NCBI GenBank assembly: GCA_965655095.1
Contig: OZ296648.1
Coordinates: forward strand, 94,240,001 to 94,304,000
DNA: 64,000 nucleotides
Direction: 5' to 3'
Source of the DNA: Haplodiscus bocki
Taxonomy: Eukaryota
In this document: in pieces, positions 38,501 through 51,849 of the stretch
How positions within the stretch are numbered: position 1 is the first letter of the stretch
Layout of the letters: each line of letters starts with the position of its first letter
Notes under the pieces: model-generated
Told to the model about the DNA's origin: nothing
What the model saw: the letters and a program-made list of their open reading frames with translations, nothing else
The model's database searches: none
Position numbers and translations under genes: made by a program

Positions 38501-41410
38501 TCCACTCTACTCGCCCACTGAAATTTCTTGAAACCGACCGAAAGAATACTCCAATACCCGTCCGATTACCGTTGGGTTGAGCATTGACTGGTCCACTCCA
38601 ATTGACTTCAGGTCCATCCTCACAAGCTTCGAGGCTGTTACTCAAAGAGCAACCAGTTCAATGTTATCTGAGCATCATACCGAAAAACCGAAGCACTCCG
38701 CTTTTTGTTGGAAGAGGACCCCACAACTGAAGTTGCAGCGTTTCAATCTCGCTCGCCACTTTTTCAGTCAAAAGACTCGCCGAGGTGGGGCAACTACGTT
38801 CTTCCGCAAATTGTCACAGACAACCAAAAGGAGTTTCCAGGAGGCGCAGAAAGAATCCGTAACAGAGTTTACATGATTGAATTTTTGGAGTCAATGCAAA
38901 TTGTTCAACAGGGAAACCAAAAAATCCGAGATCTTGTGAGAATGCTCATTATTAGCAAGTATCTCTCGACCAACTTTGTGATAAAATTACAAAGCGTTTT
39001 GTCTCTAATTCAACCTGATTTCAAAACACCCGAAAACGACATCAGAGTGCTAACAAATGTCCCAGGTCTCAGGTCTAATGTGAAACCATCGACTTGACAA
39101 TCTAATTGTCAGTCGTGGCACCAATCCAAATTTGAACAAAACTAATACCCGGCTAGCAATCTTCAGTCTTGTCTCGTCAGTGTACAACCCCATTGGCCTC
39201 AGTGCTGCGTACACCATGCAGGCGCGTCTTTTGTTGGAAGAATTCTGGTTATTGAACTCACAACATTGAGAGGATGACACACCCGAAGTCATTGTTCCCC
39301 AGCTTCTGGAATGGATTAAGAAAATTACCGCTTTTGGGTACAACTGTATTTCCAAGAAATTTCCTTCAACAGACCCTGTTTTTTAAGGAAAGCTCGCGAA
39401 GCGTCTTTAGCGTGGTAACTTTTCTTCAAGGCAGACTTGTAACTAGAGTAACCGACACGCAACCGAGTTGGCCTTTGTCTTTGGAAATACGCCGGTGGCA
39501 CCTATGAAAAATGTAAGCAAGCAGAATTTGGAGTGAAAAGTTGCTTCGTCGGCACTCGGACTGCAGCAGGAAAAGCAACGTGCACTTTCACTGAAAGTCA
39601 AAAGGTGCTTGTGGACTGACAATACCATCGTACTACAATGTTTTTATTCGCCTGAGAAACAGCTTGTCTTCGTTGGCAACCGTGTTAATGAAATTCTGGA
39701 ACTGACGCCAGTTGACGAATGGAATCAAGCAATGACGGCTGAAAGCACTGCGGATGCCGGCACTCGTGGATTGCCTGCCACTGCTCTGTTCGAGATCAAC
39801 TGATTGAAAGCTAATGAATTCATGAGATAGTCTAACTGACCCTTCATCCGTTGTAATGAGGTGATTATGAACATCAAATTGAGGAAGTTTGCACCCGAAA
39901 ACCGAAAATCAGGGGAAGGAGAGCCATGATATGAAAAAACTCACTGCATATGTCACCAACAATGCAACAAATTTCCAGTGGCAGAAGACAGATTTGAGGA
40001 GAAGTTTTTGCGCAGTTTGGGGTATTATTATCGATTTTGCTTTTCTGCCGACATGCAATGGTAATCAAACCAACAGTATGTTTATAACCGACCCAGAAAA
40101 ACTCTCAGAAGCCGAACGCAGAAGCCCAACAATATACATCTTGTACAAACCGATTCGTTCCCTGCAAAGAAAAAGAACTTGTTGAAGTTGTCCCTCATCA
40201 GCCAAGGTTCATTTTTGATATCTTTCCCCTTTCATTGGACCTAATGAACGACTTCATGGAACTGGCCGTACCAAGCAATTGAGAGTCGCGGCTTTTGAAG
40301 TGGAATATCGCTTTGTTGGATGGTTATCACCCTTCAGTGCGTTTTTGCTCGCAACATTTACCCAACAAACACTGCCACCAAGGTATTGAGTGTCTCAGAG
40401 CCTAGCTCTAACGCAAATTTGTCTTTTTCAAGCTGAGAACTGCTTTGAGATCAATGCAGTCTAAGAGAGTAACCTGACGCAAGCACAAAGTTGAAAAGTT
40501 CAACACGATGATGGCTGATCTCCCAAATGATCGGTTGAATTTCGAATACCCTTCCTTTGTCAGCATTGGATTCGACTACTTTATCCCGTTCTACGTGTAA
40601 ATCAAACGTTCAACGGAAAAACGATAAGGATTCTTCTTCACTTGCCTATCTACTCGCGTAGTCCGTTTCTAATCCAAATAGTTCCATCAATAGAAACCAG
40701 TAACTGTGTGATGGGAATCGATAGGTCTTTCTCCAGGTGAGGGGTTGCGAGTGAAATTGAATTCTTGAACAACATTTTCATTTGAAATCAGAAAGTTTTG
40801 ACTGAAACTGTGGCTAAAAGGGATATCGAGTGAAAATTTAATCCACCGAGTGCACTACACCACGAAATATTCTGGGAATGACTAGTGAGATTTCTTCAAC
40901 AAGTGATGGACTCGAATATTTGAAATAGAAAACTGGACGATGAAATTCTGACGACTATATTTTGTCCATTTGAACAAAGTTTAAACAGTCACCCAGTAGT
41001 TGCAGCAAGTGCCGGCGCGACTGATTTAGATATCTTGACTTCAAACATTTTGCTGCAAAGGACTATCGGCCCAATTTACCATTGAACTTGAGTTGAAATT
41101 TCAACCACCGAAAACTTTACGTACTTGCGCAAGCGTACTCCAACGCCATCTGGAATTGATGGTTGAAAGAGTATTTCCGACTCTGAATCGCCAATCCAAA
41201 TTGTCTTTTCTAGCAGATCGACACCTAGAAACCGGTGATTTATTCTGGTTCGTAGAACCTACCAGTCCGAGAATACAGAACCCTCTGGCTCGCGTTGTTA
41301 ATTAAGCTCACAGTACTGACGCCATTGCTTGGTCTGCCTGAGTTAAGATGATATCCAAAAACGTGATACGTCCTATTGTTATACTGGATCCTGTTCTACC
41401 ACCTCCCGAT
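35579..41410 (+). mobile_element. BEL/Pao LTR retrotransposon, decayed; N-terminal half of RT deleted
   Basis: gag start (35595..35801). Protease VFCDFAFSPSWTSKKLAKRL. RT tail KDSPRWGNYVL..NRVYMIEFL (decayed FYMDDF). Pao RNase H SLVSSVYNPIG..WTDNTIVLQ..VFVGNRVNEI..ADAGTRGL. Integrase GFDYF..FTCLSTR. DUF5641-like LETGDLFWFVEPTSPR..PLARV. Confidence 0.9.
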
Positions 41411-42620
41411 CCTTCGAGTAGAACTGTTTCATTGCCACGTAATTCAAACGTATCTCATCTGACTTCAAGCATTACGTAAATGCTGTTGGAAAAGCGAATT
41501 GTGAAACATTTGTGTGCGGTTCATTTTCTGTGAAAGTTTTTCCGCATCTTCTTGGGCTCGGAAGATGATACGAATGATAGAATTATATGTTTTTACAAAG
41601 ACGGATGGTCTAGAAGTACCGTGTTGCCCTGAGATTCGAAAGTGCGGGGTTCCAATCCCGCTGAAGACAAAATTACAAATTGTTCTTTTCTTATGATCTC
41701 AAATTTTTTCAGATTTTCAATAAGATGACATTGAAAAAACCTTGCTATCGATTGAAATGTTTTTTTTTTACTATTTGTGTTAAATGTTTATTTGTTCTCT
41801 TACCAGTTTGCCGATTTTTGCTGTTTTGGTTGGAATATTAGACAAAGCGGGAATCGAGAAAAAACATAGAGAGAAATATATTCTTCTGAATGCCCATTTT
41901 TACAACAAGCTGTATAAAGTTGAAGATACAGCTTTTCACTGATACTTTATTTTGTTTTGAATGAGGCTTTTGTCGGTTCCTTTTTCGCAGCGTGCCCAAG
42001 CGGTGATGCTGCTGGGTGGAAAATTGATGTGCCAACTTTTTCTTTTTTTTTAACGTTTTTGTACAAATTTGATGATTGCATTCCCTTTTTTCTCAGACAT
42101 ACGTTGTTGTTTTATTTGCGGAAGAACATCAGTTTTTTGGTCGATAAAAGGGACAAAGATAGCTATGGGTCCAGTCTTTGATTGTGCGGGTCTGAACCGT
42201 ACACAATATTCTTTGCGCGTATGGTTCTTCCTTTGGACTTCGATATCGGAGATTTCTCTATATTTGGAATGTTTCTCAGTATTTTCAACATCATGAACCC
42301 CAACAAAGTTTTACTCGGGGAAATAGTTAAAACACAGCAATTGTGCTTCCATTTGCACAGCTATTTACATACATCCATTTTTTCCGGCACACTTGCAAGA
42401 TTGAACGTTGCTTGGATAGCCATTAATTCAGCTCAACTTTTTTCAGAACATCTCTGAAAATTTAAAAAGTTTTCCTATTATTTATATTGAAGTTTGAGAC
42501 ATAGTCTTACAAAATTTTCAGTTACAAATTGCAACAACAACTAAAGAAAATTTGATTGACCTCGAAAGTTCTCATAGGTTCAAAATATGAAACGGAAAAA
42601 AAATATTTTTTACTGTGTAG

Positions 42621-45600
42621 GCAATCGAGGCCTGTGATGTTGGTCGGGGATTTCACGAAGGTAGATCGAAGCTGCAGAACTCTTCACAGCTGCTCTCTCG
42701 GACACTGAAGGTAGATTATCTTGGACTACAGCTCACACGACCCCTGATTTTTATGTAATCAGAGCCCGAGACGAAAAAGAGCTGAATGAAGAAAGAGAGA
42801 TACACATGATGGCAAGAACAGAACATACGTTCAGCAATTTGGAGCCCAACACTAATTACACCTTCTCCATAGCTGGGGTTGTGAATCGCATTGAGGGGGA
42901 GTCTAGGACTGTATGGAATGTTACCTACCCCGAAACTCCAACCGGAACCCTGAAAAGTTTGAATTCCACTGCCGCACAATTGAGCTGGAGTTTCAATCAT
43001 TCTGCTAGTTTCGTCTTAGCCGAGTTGATGTCTGTTCATTCTAACGGAAGCAAGTCTTCGATGGAGAAGTGGAAAATTTCTGTTACTGGTCGTCAGGGTG
43101 TCAAATTTATCGAAAATCTTGTTACCGGAAATTATTACGTAATGACCTTGACACTGGAAGGGTTCACTGGGTTAACTAGTTTGGAAGATTACAAAATCGA
43201 GTACAGAGCTAAACCTGCCAGTCCAGAAAATTTTACAATAGAAGATAGTGAAACTTCAATAAAGTTTTTTTGGTCTCAGCCTGGAGACTCCGATGGATGG
43301 ATATACAATGTGACTTTGGGCATGACGTCCTCTGGTTTCATTGGAAACAACGTGGCAGAATTGGTTTTGGATGAACTGGAAGCAGGGACATTGTATAGAG
43401 TGGAAATCAGGAATGTTGTTGATGGAGCAGAAAGCGAAGCAGTTCTGGTGGAGGAATCCACTATTCCTTTCCCCCCAAGACAGGGAGGGTATAGTTATAC
43501 ATTTCCAATACCGAGATTAGAATCCTCATTTTTTATTACGAACATGGGAACTATGATTACTTTTCTGGGCATCTAATAAAATTAAACGATACTGAACCTT
43601 TTATTTCAGGAATTACAGTTTCGTCCCCGTATTTGGGTTTTAATTTTAGAGTCAATTTTAACATTATAGTGGAATATGGATATAGTTACAACCTCGTCTT
43701 ACACACTGTTGCTTACGAGAAAAGAAGTGATCCAGATGTCTATACCCTCACAATACTGCCATTGAACCCAGAAACATTAAAGGTTTCGTATTTTGACACT
43801 CACTCTGCTGAACTGCAATGGAGTCTTGTTCCCCACGGCTTGGTGCATTTTTATCAACTAGAGTGGAGCGTAGACGAAGTCACAGTTGGAATGGAAAGGT
43901 TCTCAAACTCAACAACTTCAGCTGTAGTTTCAAACTTGCAACCAGGGGCCACTGTTTCATTTCAGATAAAATCATCGGTATGGAACGGTTATGGACAGAT
44001 AAGGACAAATTATTTATACAATTATGTAACCATCAGCACTCAAACATTACGACCTCTCCCACCGTTGAATTTGAGAGTTGAGTATTACGACAACGAAACT
44101 TTGACAATAACATGGGACTCACCTGAAAACTCGTCGGTTTCTGGCTTTGAAGTAACTTTTGATGGAATGACCGATACAATACATGCTAAACCAATGTATA
44201 ATAACAAGACCTGGCAGCATTTAGTACCAGGAACTTTGAACGAGGTGAATATTACTACTTTTGTGTATGGGCCCGATTCAAACCAAACATCTTCAGTTGC
44301 CACAATCACTCAGCGGCTCAAACCAAATCCGCCCTCTAACGTTCAAATAGTTTCAACTCTTTATGCATCCGCTACCATTGCGTTCGAAGCACCTCAGAAT
44401 GGAGAGTATTCGGGATTCAAAGTTCAAGTTACCTCGTTAACAGACGGTGCACTGGTCTATGGAAAAGTTGTTCCTCGTACAGTCAAAGATTCCTATTTGG
44501 TAAATATTGAAGATGTTGTTTACAGCCATTATCTGTCAATATCAGTGTCTTCGTTATCGGAAGAAGAACACAGTGACAGCTCAACAGTCATTCTACATCC
44601 GGCTCCGTCTAAATTTGTAGAAATTATTGGATTTGTAACCGACAAGTTTAATTTTTCTCTCAACCCACTGAGCAGTCCTTATACGAACGCAAACTTGTCA
44701 ATTTTACGTTTGGATATAGAAGAAAATGAAAGTACACGCAACTTCAGCGTAGGAGATTCTGTTTTCAACTTTGCGAATTTGGATCTTGGGGTGCCTTACG
44801 TTGTGGAACCGTGGTTTCTCGATGACTTCAGTTACATCAAATTTTCAGAAGATAAAATTTTACCAACGGATAGCCCGGTAACATTAGAATTGATACTAGC
44901 CGATGCAAAAACGATCATTCTGAAATGCCATCAGTTTGAAAACAATCAAATTTTTCAAGTTACAAACGGTTCGGATTCCAAGAAGGATCTCGGCCTCTTT
45001 CATAAGTTAGCAAATTTGACCCCTGCAACAAAGTACGCATTCTCAACACTTATTTCAGTGGAAGAACAAAAGTCGGAAGGTGATCCATATTTGGTGACAG
45101 CGGAATCAGTCTCACTTTTGGGTTACACATACCCTGATAATATGGAAAACTTGTCATGCTCTGCTTCTGCTTCTTCTGAATCAGATGTGAACATCAACAT
45201 TCAGTGGAATTTTCCACGAACCAATTTTTCTTCATTTGACTTCACATTTACTACAACTATAAGTTCTAACGAGGAGGTCTTGAGGAAAAAAGTCAGTCTG
45301 GCAAAATCTCTATTTGGTGACGTAGACAATTCTTTCGACTATGAATTGAATCAAACTGACATCGAATGGTTAGCGCCCGGATTGTACATTCAGTGCAGTG
45401 GTGCTGCAACTTATTTGGAGGTTGAGAGCCAAAGTCATTCAGGTAATCATTTTTATATTCCTCTTGTTGGGCCCACGCTGACTTCATTCACCATCCAGTG
45501 GAGTTTTCACAATGAGCGCACATTTGCAGAATCATTTCATATCGGCTTCCAAGATACCGAGATTGCATATAATGAAAACCTGTTTTTGCCTCAACGAAAC

Positions 45601-46794
45601 ATTTTCACCAGTTTCTTTAATTTAACATTGATCGGCTTAACTCCAGGACAACGATATGTCGTCCGTGTACGTAGTTATATAATCGATAATAACAACTACA
45701 TGCTAAGTGAATGGAGCAGCCCTCTTTACGAATCAACCTATCCTTTGGCTCCTTTGAATCCGTTGATTAATAACTGGCATCTTTCCTGGGCAAAATTAGG
45801 AGTAGTAGAAGGTTATCAAGTCAATGTGACGGACGATTTTGGAAGTACCGATAGTTTGAGCATCACAGATTCCATATATGGGAGAAAAGTATCGTTAGAC
45901 GACTTTAACAACTTGAATTTCGTGCCAGGCGGAAAGTACACTTTTGACATTTCTTCTATCAGCAATGATCTGTACAGTTTGACAACAGCAAGAATCGAAC
46001 ACATATTGCCCCCTAGTAATGTTGTGTTCACGAGAATCGAAGAAATTTTGGCTTCCGAAGTCACACTGTCTTGGAAAATTCCGGACGGTAACGTGGAGAA
46101 ATACGTTATCCTTATCATACCTCTTACAAGTGGGAAAAATCAAGAAGATTCTTTTTCAATCGAAGTTGTAGGAAAGTCCTCTAATACTACAAGAGTAGCT
46201 GGCCTAACACCCGGATCAAAGTATTTGTTTGAAATAGTTGCTTCATCCAACAATGTGAGCAGCTTGAAATCTGGCACGTTTTTCACAAATAGTCAACCTT
46301 TACTATCAACAATTGAAGTTCACTCAATTGAAGAAACAAATGCTTCCTGTTCCTGGGATTTCGTCGGAATTGTTGACAACTTTACTGTCAGCCTTCGCGA
46401 TACCGAATCACAAACCATAGCAGGGTCAGTTTCAAACATAACAGACGTAACTTTACTCTCCGTTAAATTTAAGGACTTGGCAGCCGGTGAGACTTACTCT
46501 TGCTATGTTGTCGCTGCTTCGAGCAACCGAGAGAGCGATCCGAAATTGGCAGCCTTCACCACGCATCCTTTCTCGCCTGAAGTTGACGTCACCTATCTCG
46601 GAACTAACAGCTTCTCAGCCAATTGGTCTGTACAGGCAGAGAGAAGCAAATTCGACAGTTTTAGAGCTGTTTTGACGGGATGTCGAGAGGAGCCTTTCAA
46701 TGAGGCTTTTGACACGACTGTTTTCTCTTATGTTTGGGTTAATTTGGTTCCAGGAAGTTTACGCCAATTGAACCTCTGGACAATCTCCGAAACA
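42621..46794 (+). CDS. Giant (~4.2 kb) host exon: rest of CBM14 then ~15 fibronectin type III repeats; frame breaks at ~42661 and ~43500
   Basis: Acceptor tttttactgtgtag|GCA gives AIEACDVGRGFHE, in phase with the 21539 donor. FN3 motifs LSW..Y..L.PGT.Y recur in ORFs 42806..43576 and 43633..46803 (the latter frame is open from 43495). Donor ACA|gtaagt at 46795. Confidence 0.9.
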
Positions 46795-46850
46795 GTAAGT
46801 TGAACTTAAGTTAATAATGAGTTCACTGAAAGAAATATAATATCTGCATT

Positions 46851-46927
46851 TATGTTATTATTATTATTGTTATTAATGTTATTCTTATTGTTTCTTTTAT
46901 TATTTTTAAATAATTTATATTATTATA
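46851..46927. repeat. Degenerate (TTA)n microsatellite, possibly the (TAA)n tail of the adjacent LINE
   Basis: tatgttattattattattgttattaatgttattcttatt... Confidence 0.8.
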
Positions 46928-49900
46928 GCAAAAGCTTTCAACAGGATCTATTTACATGCTGTAAAGTAGCAAGTCCCCAAGTACGCGTCTATGGAAACTC
47001 ATTCACACCCTTGACTTCTTGCATTTTTGATGCTCCAGTGTGCGTGTTGGGTTCTGGGAAGAAAGGGAGGGTAAAATTGAATTATTGCCATGTCACAGTT
47101 CCTAAGCTTAGAATATAAACTCAGACCTAAAGTTGTCCTGTAAAACATTGATCTGCTTGATTCTGATGGCTTGGTGATTTCTACATAGTAGCTAGTATGA
47201 AAAAAAAAACAAGAAAGATTCGTTTAATTGAGCTCATTATCTATAAAAAAATCAATTTGAATCTAGGTATTCCGTCTGGGGTTACTTGAGCTATGTTGAT
47301 ATGGCAGTACCAGCTCGTATTTTCTCAAACTTTAAATTTAGCGTTGCTTTTTTCATGCCCAACATGTAGAGAAAGCATCTGGAATAGAAATGAGAAGTTT
47401 TGCAGATTGCGCGATCTCAGATTGCGAGATCTCAGATCGCATCAGCTGAACAATTGTTTGAAGGTTTCTTATATAACAGTCCCCTGGCTGGCACTGGACG
47501 TTCTCGACGACTGGGAGGATGGGTGGTGCGTGTTGGGTTCGTGTCCTGAGAGCGAAGTTGATTGGTGGGTCAGTTGTCATCTTCAGAGTCTTTCAGTTTT
47601 TAGTTGTTGCTGGTGACTATTCCAAAATCTTCGAATGGGCGTCATGTCGCGTGTGAGTGCTGCAGTCTCCTGTGAATTGGCGATGCAGTCATCAAAAGTC
47701 TTTAGCTTGACAAGTTGACTTGTTACGATCAAACCTCTATAGGAAATTTGATGAGACTTAAGCCTAGACATAAAGAATACTGCATTGTATAGAACTTTAG
47801 TACATCATATCCATCTAAACTCAAAGCTTCACTGTTTTTCTTCCCTTAAGTTAAGTGGAGGTGCTTTCTCTGTTTTTTGTTTTTGTCTATTTGTTTTATC
47901 GTTTTCCATTGCTTATTTTTCCAATCTTTCTTGCTTCAATTTCAACCCAGGTGATCTTTTTTACATGTAAGCAGACAGGCGATCAAAAGACAGTATTTGT
48001 GTCACAAGCACTTTAATGAGTTGAAAATTCATTTTTTTTCGACTAAAGCAGTGTTTGGCGACTTCATTTGTGCTCTGATGACGCTGAAAGTTCCTTTCAC
48101 CATAATTTTGTGATTTCAAAAATATTTTCAATGGCCATTTCATGAAAATCGTCCCTCTCTGTAGTTGGTCTTCCAGCCTGCATGTGGTAAAGTTAGGAGA
48201 TAGAATGTACAAACAAAGACCTCTAAGTAGAAGTATCAAACAAGTTGCCAGATCTTTGCACTATGAGGAGCTCACGAACATGTACACGTCGTATGCCGGC
48301 CAGCATACATAAGGTATTGGAACAAATCGGTCGTGCCAGCTCAAGCGATTCTCAATCCACTGAGATTCACTGCTAGTTTTATCTTCTTGGAATATCGTAA
48401 TAACCATTCGCACTTTTTTCATAAGGCATGGCCAAGGTGTAAAGCGTCATTGGGTGTCTCTCCACAATGGCAATTTTCAGGACAAAAGTGCGCTAATTGC
48501 AAACAGCAGTTTCTCCTAATATCAATCTTTTGGGACTGACGCTCAAAGTAGTGTTTCAATGGCAAAAATATCTTGCGCTGTTGTCTTGTAAATATCCGTT
48601 AGTCCTCCAAGTTTCTGCTCTTTGCAAGGGAGGTCATTAGTGATTTGATGTCAGGTCAGAAGTGGTTATCCGGCAGTTGAATCTGGGAATTGCAGCTCGA
48701 TGAAAATCGATACCTCGGCAGAGAAGGTAGATTAGGCCCGTTCAATAGGACAAAATTGTTTCCACATTGCTATACAAACTGAGAGCAGCCTTTGTTAAGG
48801 CTGCTCTCAGTTAAGGATGCTCAGTATTACATCTCTCGAGTTGCGTAGAGAACTTTCTGGAATCAGGGAAACCCTTGTGCGAATCCAGATGGTGTCTTGA
48901 CTTGATCTTACTTGACAAAGACTGATTTGATCTTACTTGTTGCCTTTGTTAATCCTACAATACAGTGATATCACATTTTCAATTCATTTTTAGCTGTATC
49001 AGCGTCTTAGGGACTGCAGCCGTTAACTTTTATACAGATCAAAGTCTTCGCGGCCAGTTGATCCCTGATAATGCGACTGGTAACGAACGTGACCTTCCAA
49101 TGGCGTCGGTTGGAAATTTTTTAAAGTAGAATGTCGACCCCGAGTGAAAATTTGTTTATATGGAATGTCATACAAAGAACATCCTGTAGGAGGCATGGGT
49201 GCTCTTTTCCTGATTGCAGAGTTGAGTCAGTGTTTTTTAATATCTGTCACCGATGCAACTCGTCTCCTTTCAATTTTTAGAGGCCAATGGAAGAGCTCCT
49301 TCACAAGGACGTGGGTTGAAAGGGAGTAGTTCGGTCCAGTTTGGACGGTTTTTAATATGGGTGATAGTGTTTTACCATGTTTAGTTCTAGATCTAAGCAT
49401 CTTTTACCACATCAAAGCTGACGAGTTTCTTTGAACGTTAGTAGGCGGGAAGTAAAAAATCGGAGGACGTAAAGAAGATTTCTCGTCTTGGTACCGTAAT
49501 TGTCTTTTGAAAGATGTGGTTTGTCCAAAAGGATTTTCAAGTTTTGGCTGGCGGAAACACTTCCTCTGGGAAGATAGTTTCTTTAGGCGGCTTCGCTTCG
49601 GCTTGTTTTAGGCTGGTAGCGCCTTCTGTTTTGTTGGTAACTTGGTTTTCTCAGCTCAGCCAATTGCATGAGCAGAGTTATGACAGAAGTAGATTCGGAG
49701 AAATTGAAATCAGCCCAAAGTCTTTTTATTAGGAGATTCTTAGTTGAATCTTTCTCCTGGAGGGCTATTTTTTCTAGCTCACCTGTCAATTGTAGAGGAG
49801 TCTTCACCAGAGTGGTTTTGGAAACACTGCTTTGGATATTTCTTGATTGTTTTTTGCCGCTTCTTTTCGAGTTATTTTCCTACTGTCTTTGTCCACAGTT

Positions 49901-50603
49901 TTTCTTGCAGTTCCGTAAGAAGGTTTGTCTGCATAGAAGCACTGAATATCGGTGCTCAGTATGGATTTAATGTTTTCGTCAAAGCATTTGTGATAACATG
50001 TGCCTATCGTTACCAACGAACATGACCAATAACCATGAGAGGAGATTGCTAGAACTCTAAATGAAAGGACTTTACAGTTGTCAGACAACGGATCAGGGAA
50101 CTACCTGGATATTTTGCACACGTTTCTGCGTTTAAGCATCTCGACCATAGTTAGAGAGCTGCTTCTTTTCATTTTACCTTCTTTTTCTGTTGTTCATCTC
50201 CCCTTCTCCGCAAACATTACGGCTTCCACCAGCTCCTTCTTCCTGTTCTGTAAGAGCTATGCTAGTTAGGTTCGGCCGAGCAACACGGCAGAAAAGTCGG
50301 TGTCTTCAAAACAATACATTGGGTGTTGGCACCCTTTTTTCAAGTTATTGCATCCCCGCTCAAAAATCAAGGGTGGAAAAAAGATTCTTGTCAATTTTCT
50401 GGTCAACCAGTTTTCTCCACGAAACTTTCCTACACATGCATGACATCTCTAAAGTTAGCTCACATTGGGCTCCTTTGTACTAACCATGGAGAGGAATGGT
50501 GGTCAAGAAAATTTCGTGTTTCTTCTTCAGAACAAGATACTTTTTCGGACAGTTGGTCGTTTACCAGAAATTCCATCTTCTCCATTTTTTCTAAGTGTAA
50601 CGC

Positions 50604-51576
50604 CTGACTCAAATCTTAACAACTAACTCAAGCTTGTGCCGGTCCCCGGTCCTGGGTCTGTACTAATTTCCACTACTATAAATTCCTCTTTCTAAAGGAC
50701 TGTGTCTAAAAGTTGATCTGAAATAGCTCCATTAGATAGCTATTCCTAACTTCGAAAATTGCCATTTCCAAATCTTCTCCGAACTAGGCAATCTTGTTGA
50801 TACTAGTCCCAACTAGGACTAAAATCTTTCTTTAGCGCTCGACTATGAAAAACTGAAAGACATTTTTATCAAGATAAAACCCAATCAATTAGTGGCGTTT
50901 TTTCCAAATCTGACTGTTAAAACGACAGAATACATTGTTTACAAAACAAACAAACAAACAAACTAAGGCACGAACTTAGATTATCATAGCGTGATAAAAA
51001 GGTGGATTGTTGTTGACGGTCGAGATCAGAAACACAATGTAAGAGCCACAAACAGGTAGATGAAGATAAAACAACTCGAGATGAGAAGATGCACATGATA
51101 TTTATAAAGTTGTCATAATAAGATAAAAAATTGCTTTATTCTCTGAAATTATCTGACAAAATCAACTGAAGAAATGTCACCAATGGGTACATTGCATATA
51201 AAGAAGCACAAAGGAGCCCAGGCACTTAATGTGAATAGTAGAAACGTGATCAATGATTTGAGAGAGATAGAAGGACCAGGAATTGGGAAATCACGCTATA
51301 AAAAATCTACCTTGGATGATTAAATCTCATCAAAACAACAAGCTTCTCCTTTATACGCTATCAATTACAAGTCAAATCAACCGGTGTATCAACGATGATG
51401 AAATTTTGAAGCACCAACAGACTATGTAAAGAGTAATGAAAAGATTGATACATTAAAGAGATAAAAAGGATGAGGAAATCTTTCACGAACTCAAAAACTT
51501 AGCAGAAGACATAATGCTCAGAGACGTCCCGTAGGATGCGGAAGTTTTTTCTGTTTCCAATTGGGTTGAAACTACG
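50604..51576 (-). repeat. ~970-bp dispersed repeat, copy 1 (likely LINE 5' UTR)
   Basis: Colinear with 57260-58210 from ctgactcaaat to ..ttggg..gaaact.cg; both copies contain (AAAC)n. Confidence 0.85.
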
Positions 51577-51849
51577 CACACAGGTGTATGACACAAGAAT
51601 TGAATCTGGGGCACCTACGGATAGGTTGGAAGTACCACTTGACCTTAAATATTGGCACTTTAAAGGTCAAGGCGGGCTCAAATTTGAATATCACTATTTG
51701 ATAGAGTTTTGAGGGGTGAAATATGCTACACATTACAGTATGGATATCATCTCTTGCTTACACAATGTTAGGGTTTGTTCAGGGGTCAAAATTAAACATC
51801 AATAAACGAAAGGTTTACGTTTTCATTTGGTGTTCAGGTCTCTGTTGCC

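Larger units (their letters stand above)
46851..51576 (-). mobile_element. Highly decayed L2/CR1-type LINE (long 5' UTR, esterase-like ORF1, APE-RT ORF2)
   Basis: LLVMFVGND (~50010-50035; SGNH GxND-like). PCEGALPLA and GCSLYDIP (~49165-49310; APE-like). SVPKD*Y*EKLLFAIS (~48490-48540; GVPQGSILGPLLF-like). KDLATC (~48245-48260). (TAA)n at the 3' end. Confidence 0.45.

Noticed and set aside
43633-46803. 1056-aa ORF as a stand-alone intronless gene
   Set aside because: The start is a TTG within an FN3 repeat and the stop lies just past a GTAAGT donor; it is part of an internal exon.
46852-47118. ORF with a poly-Leu signal-peptide-like start
   Set aside because: Translation of the (TTA)n microsatellite.
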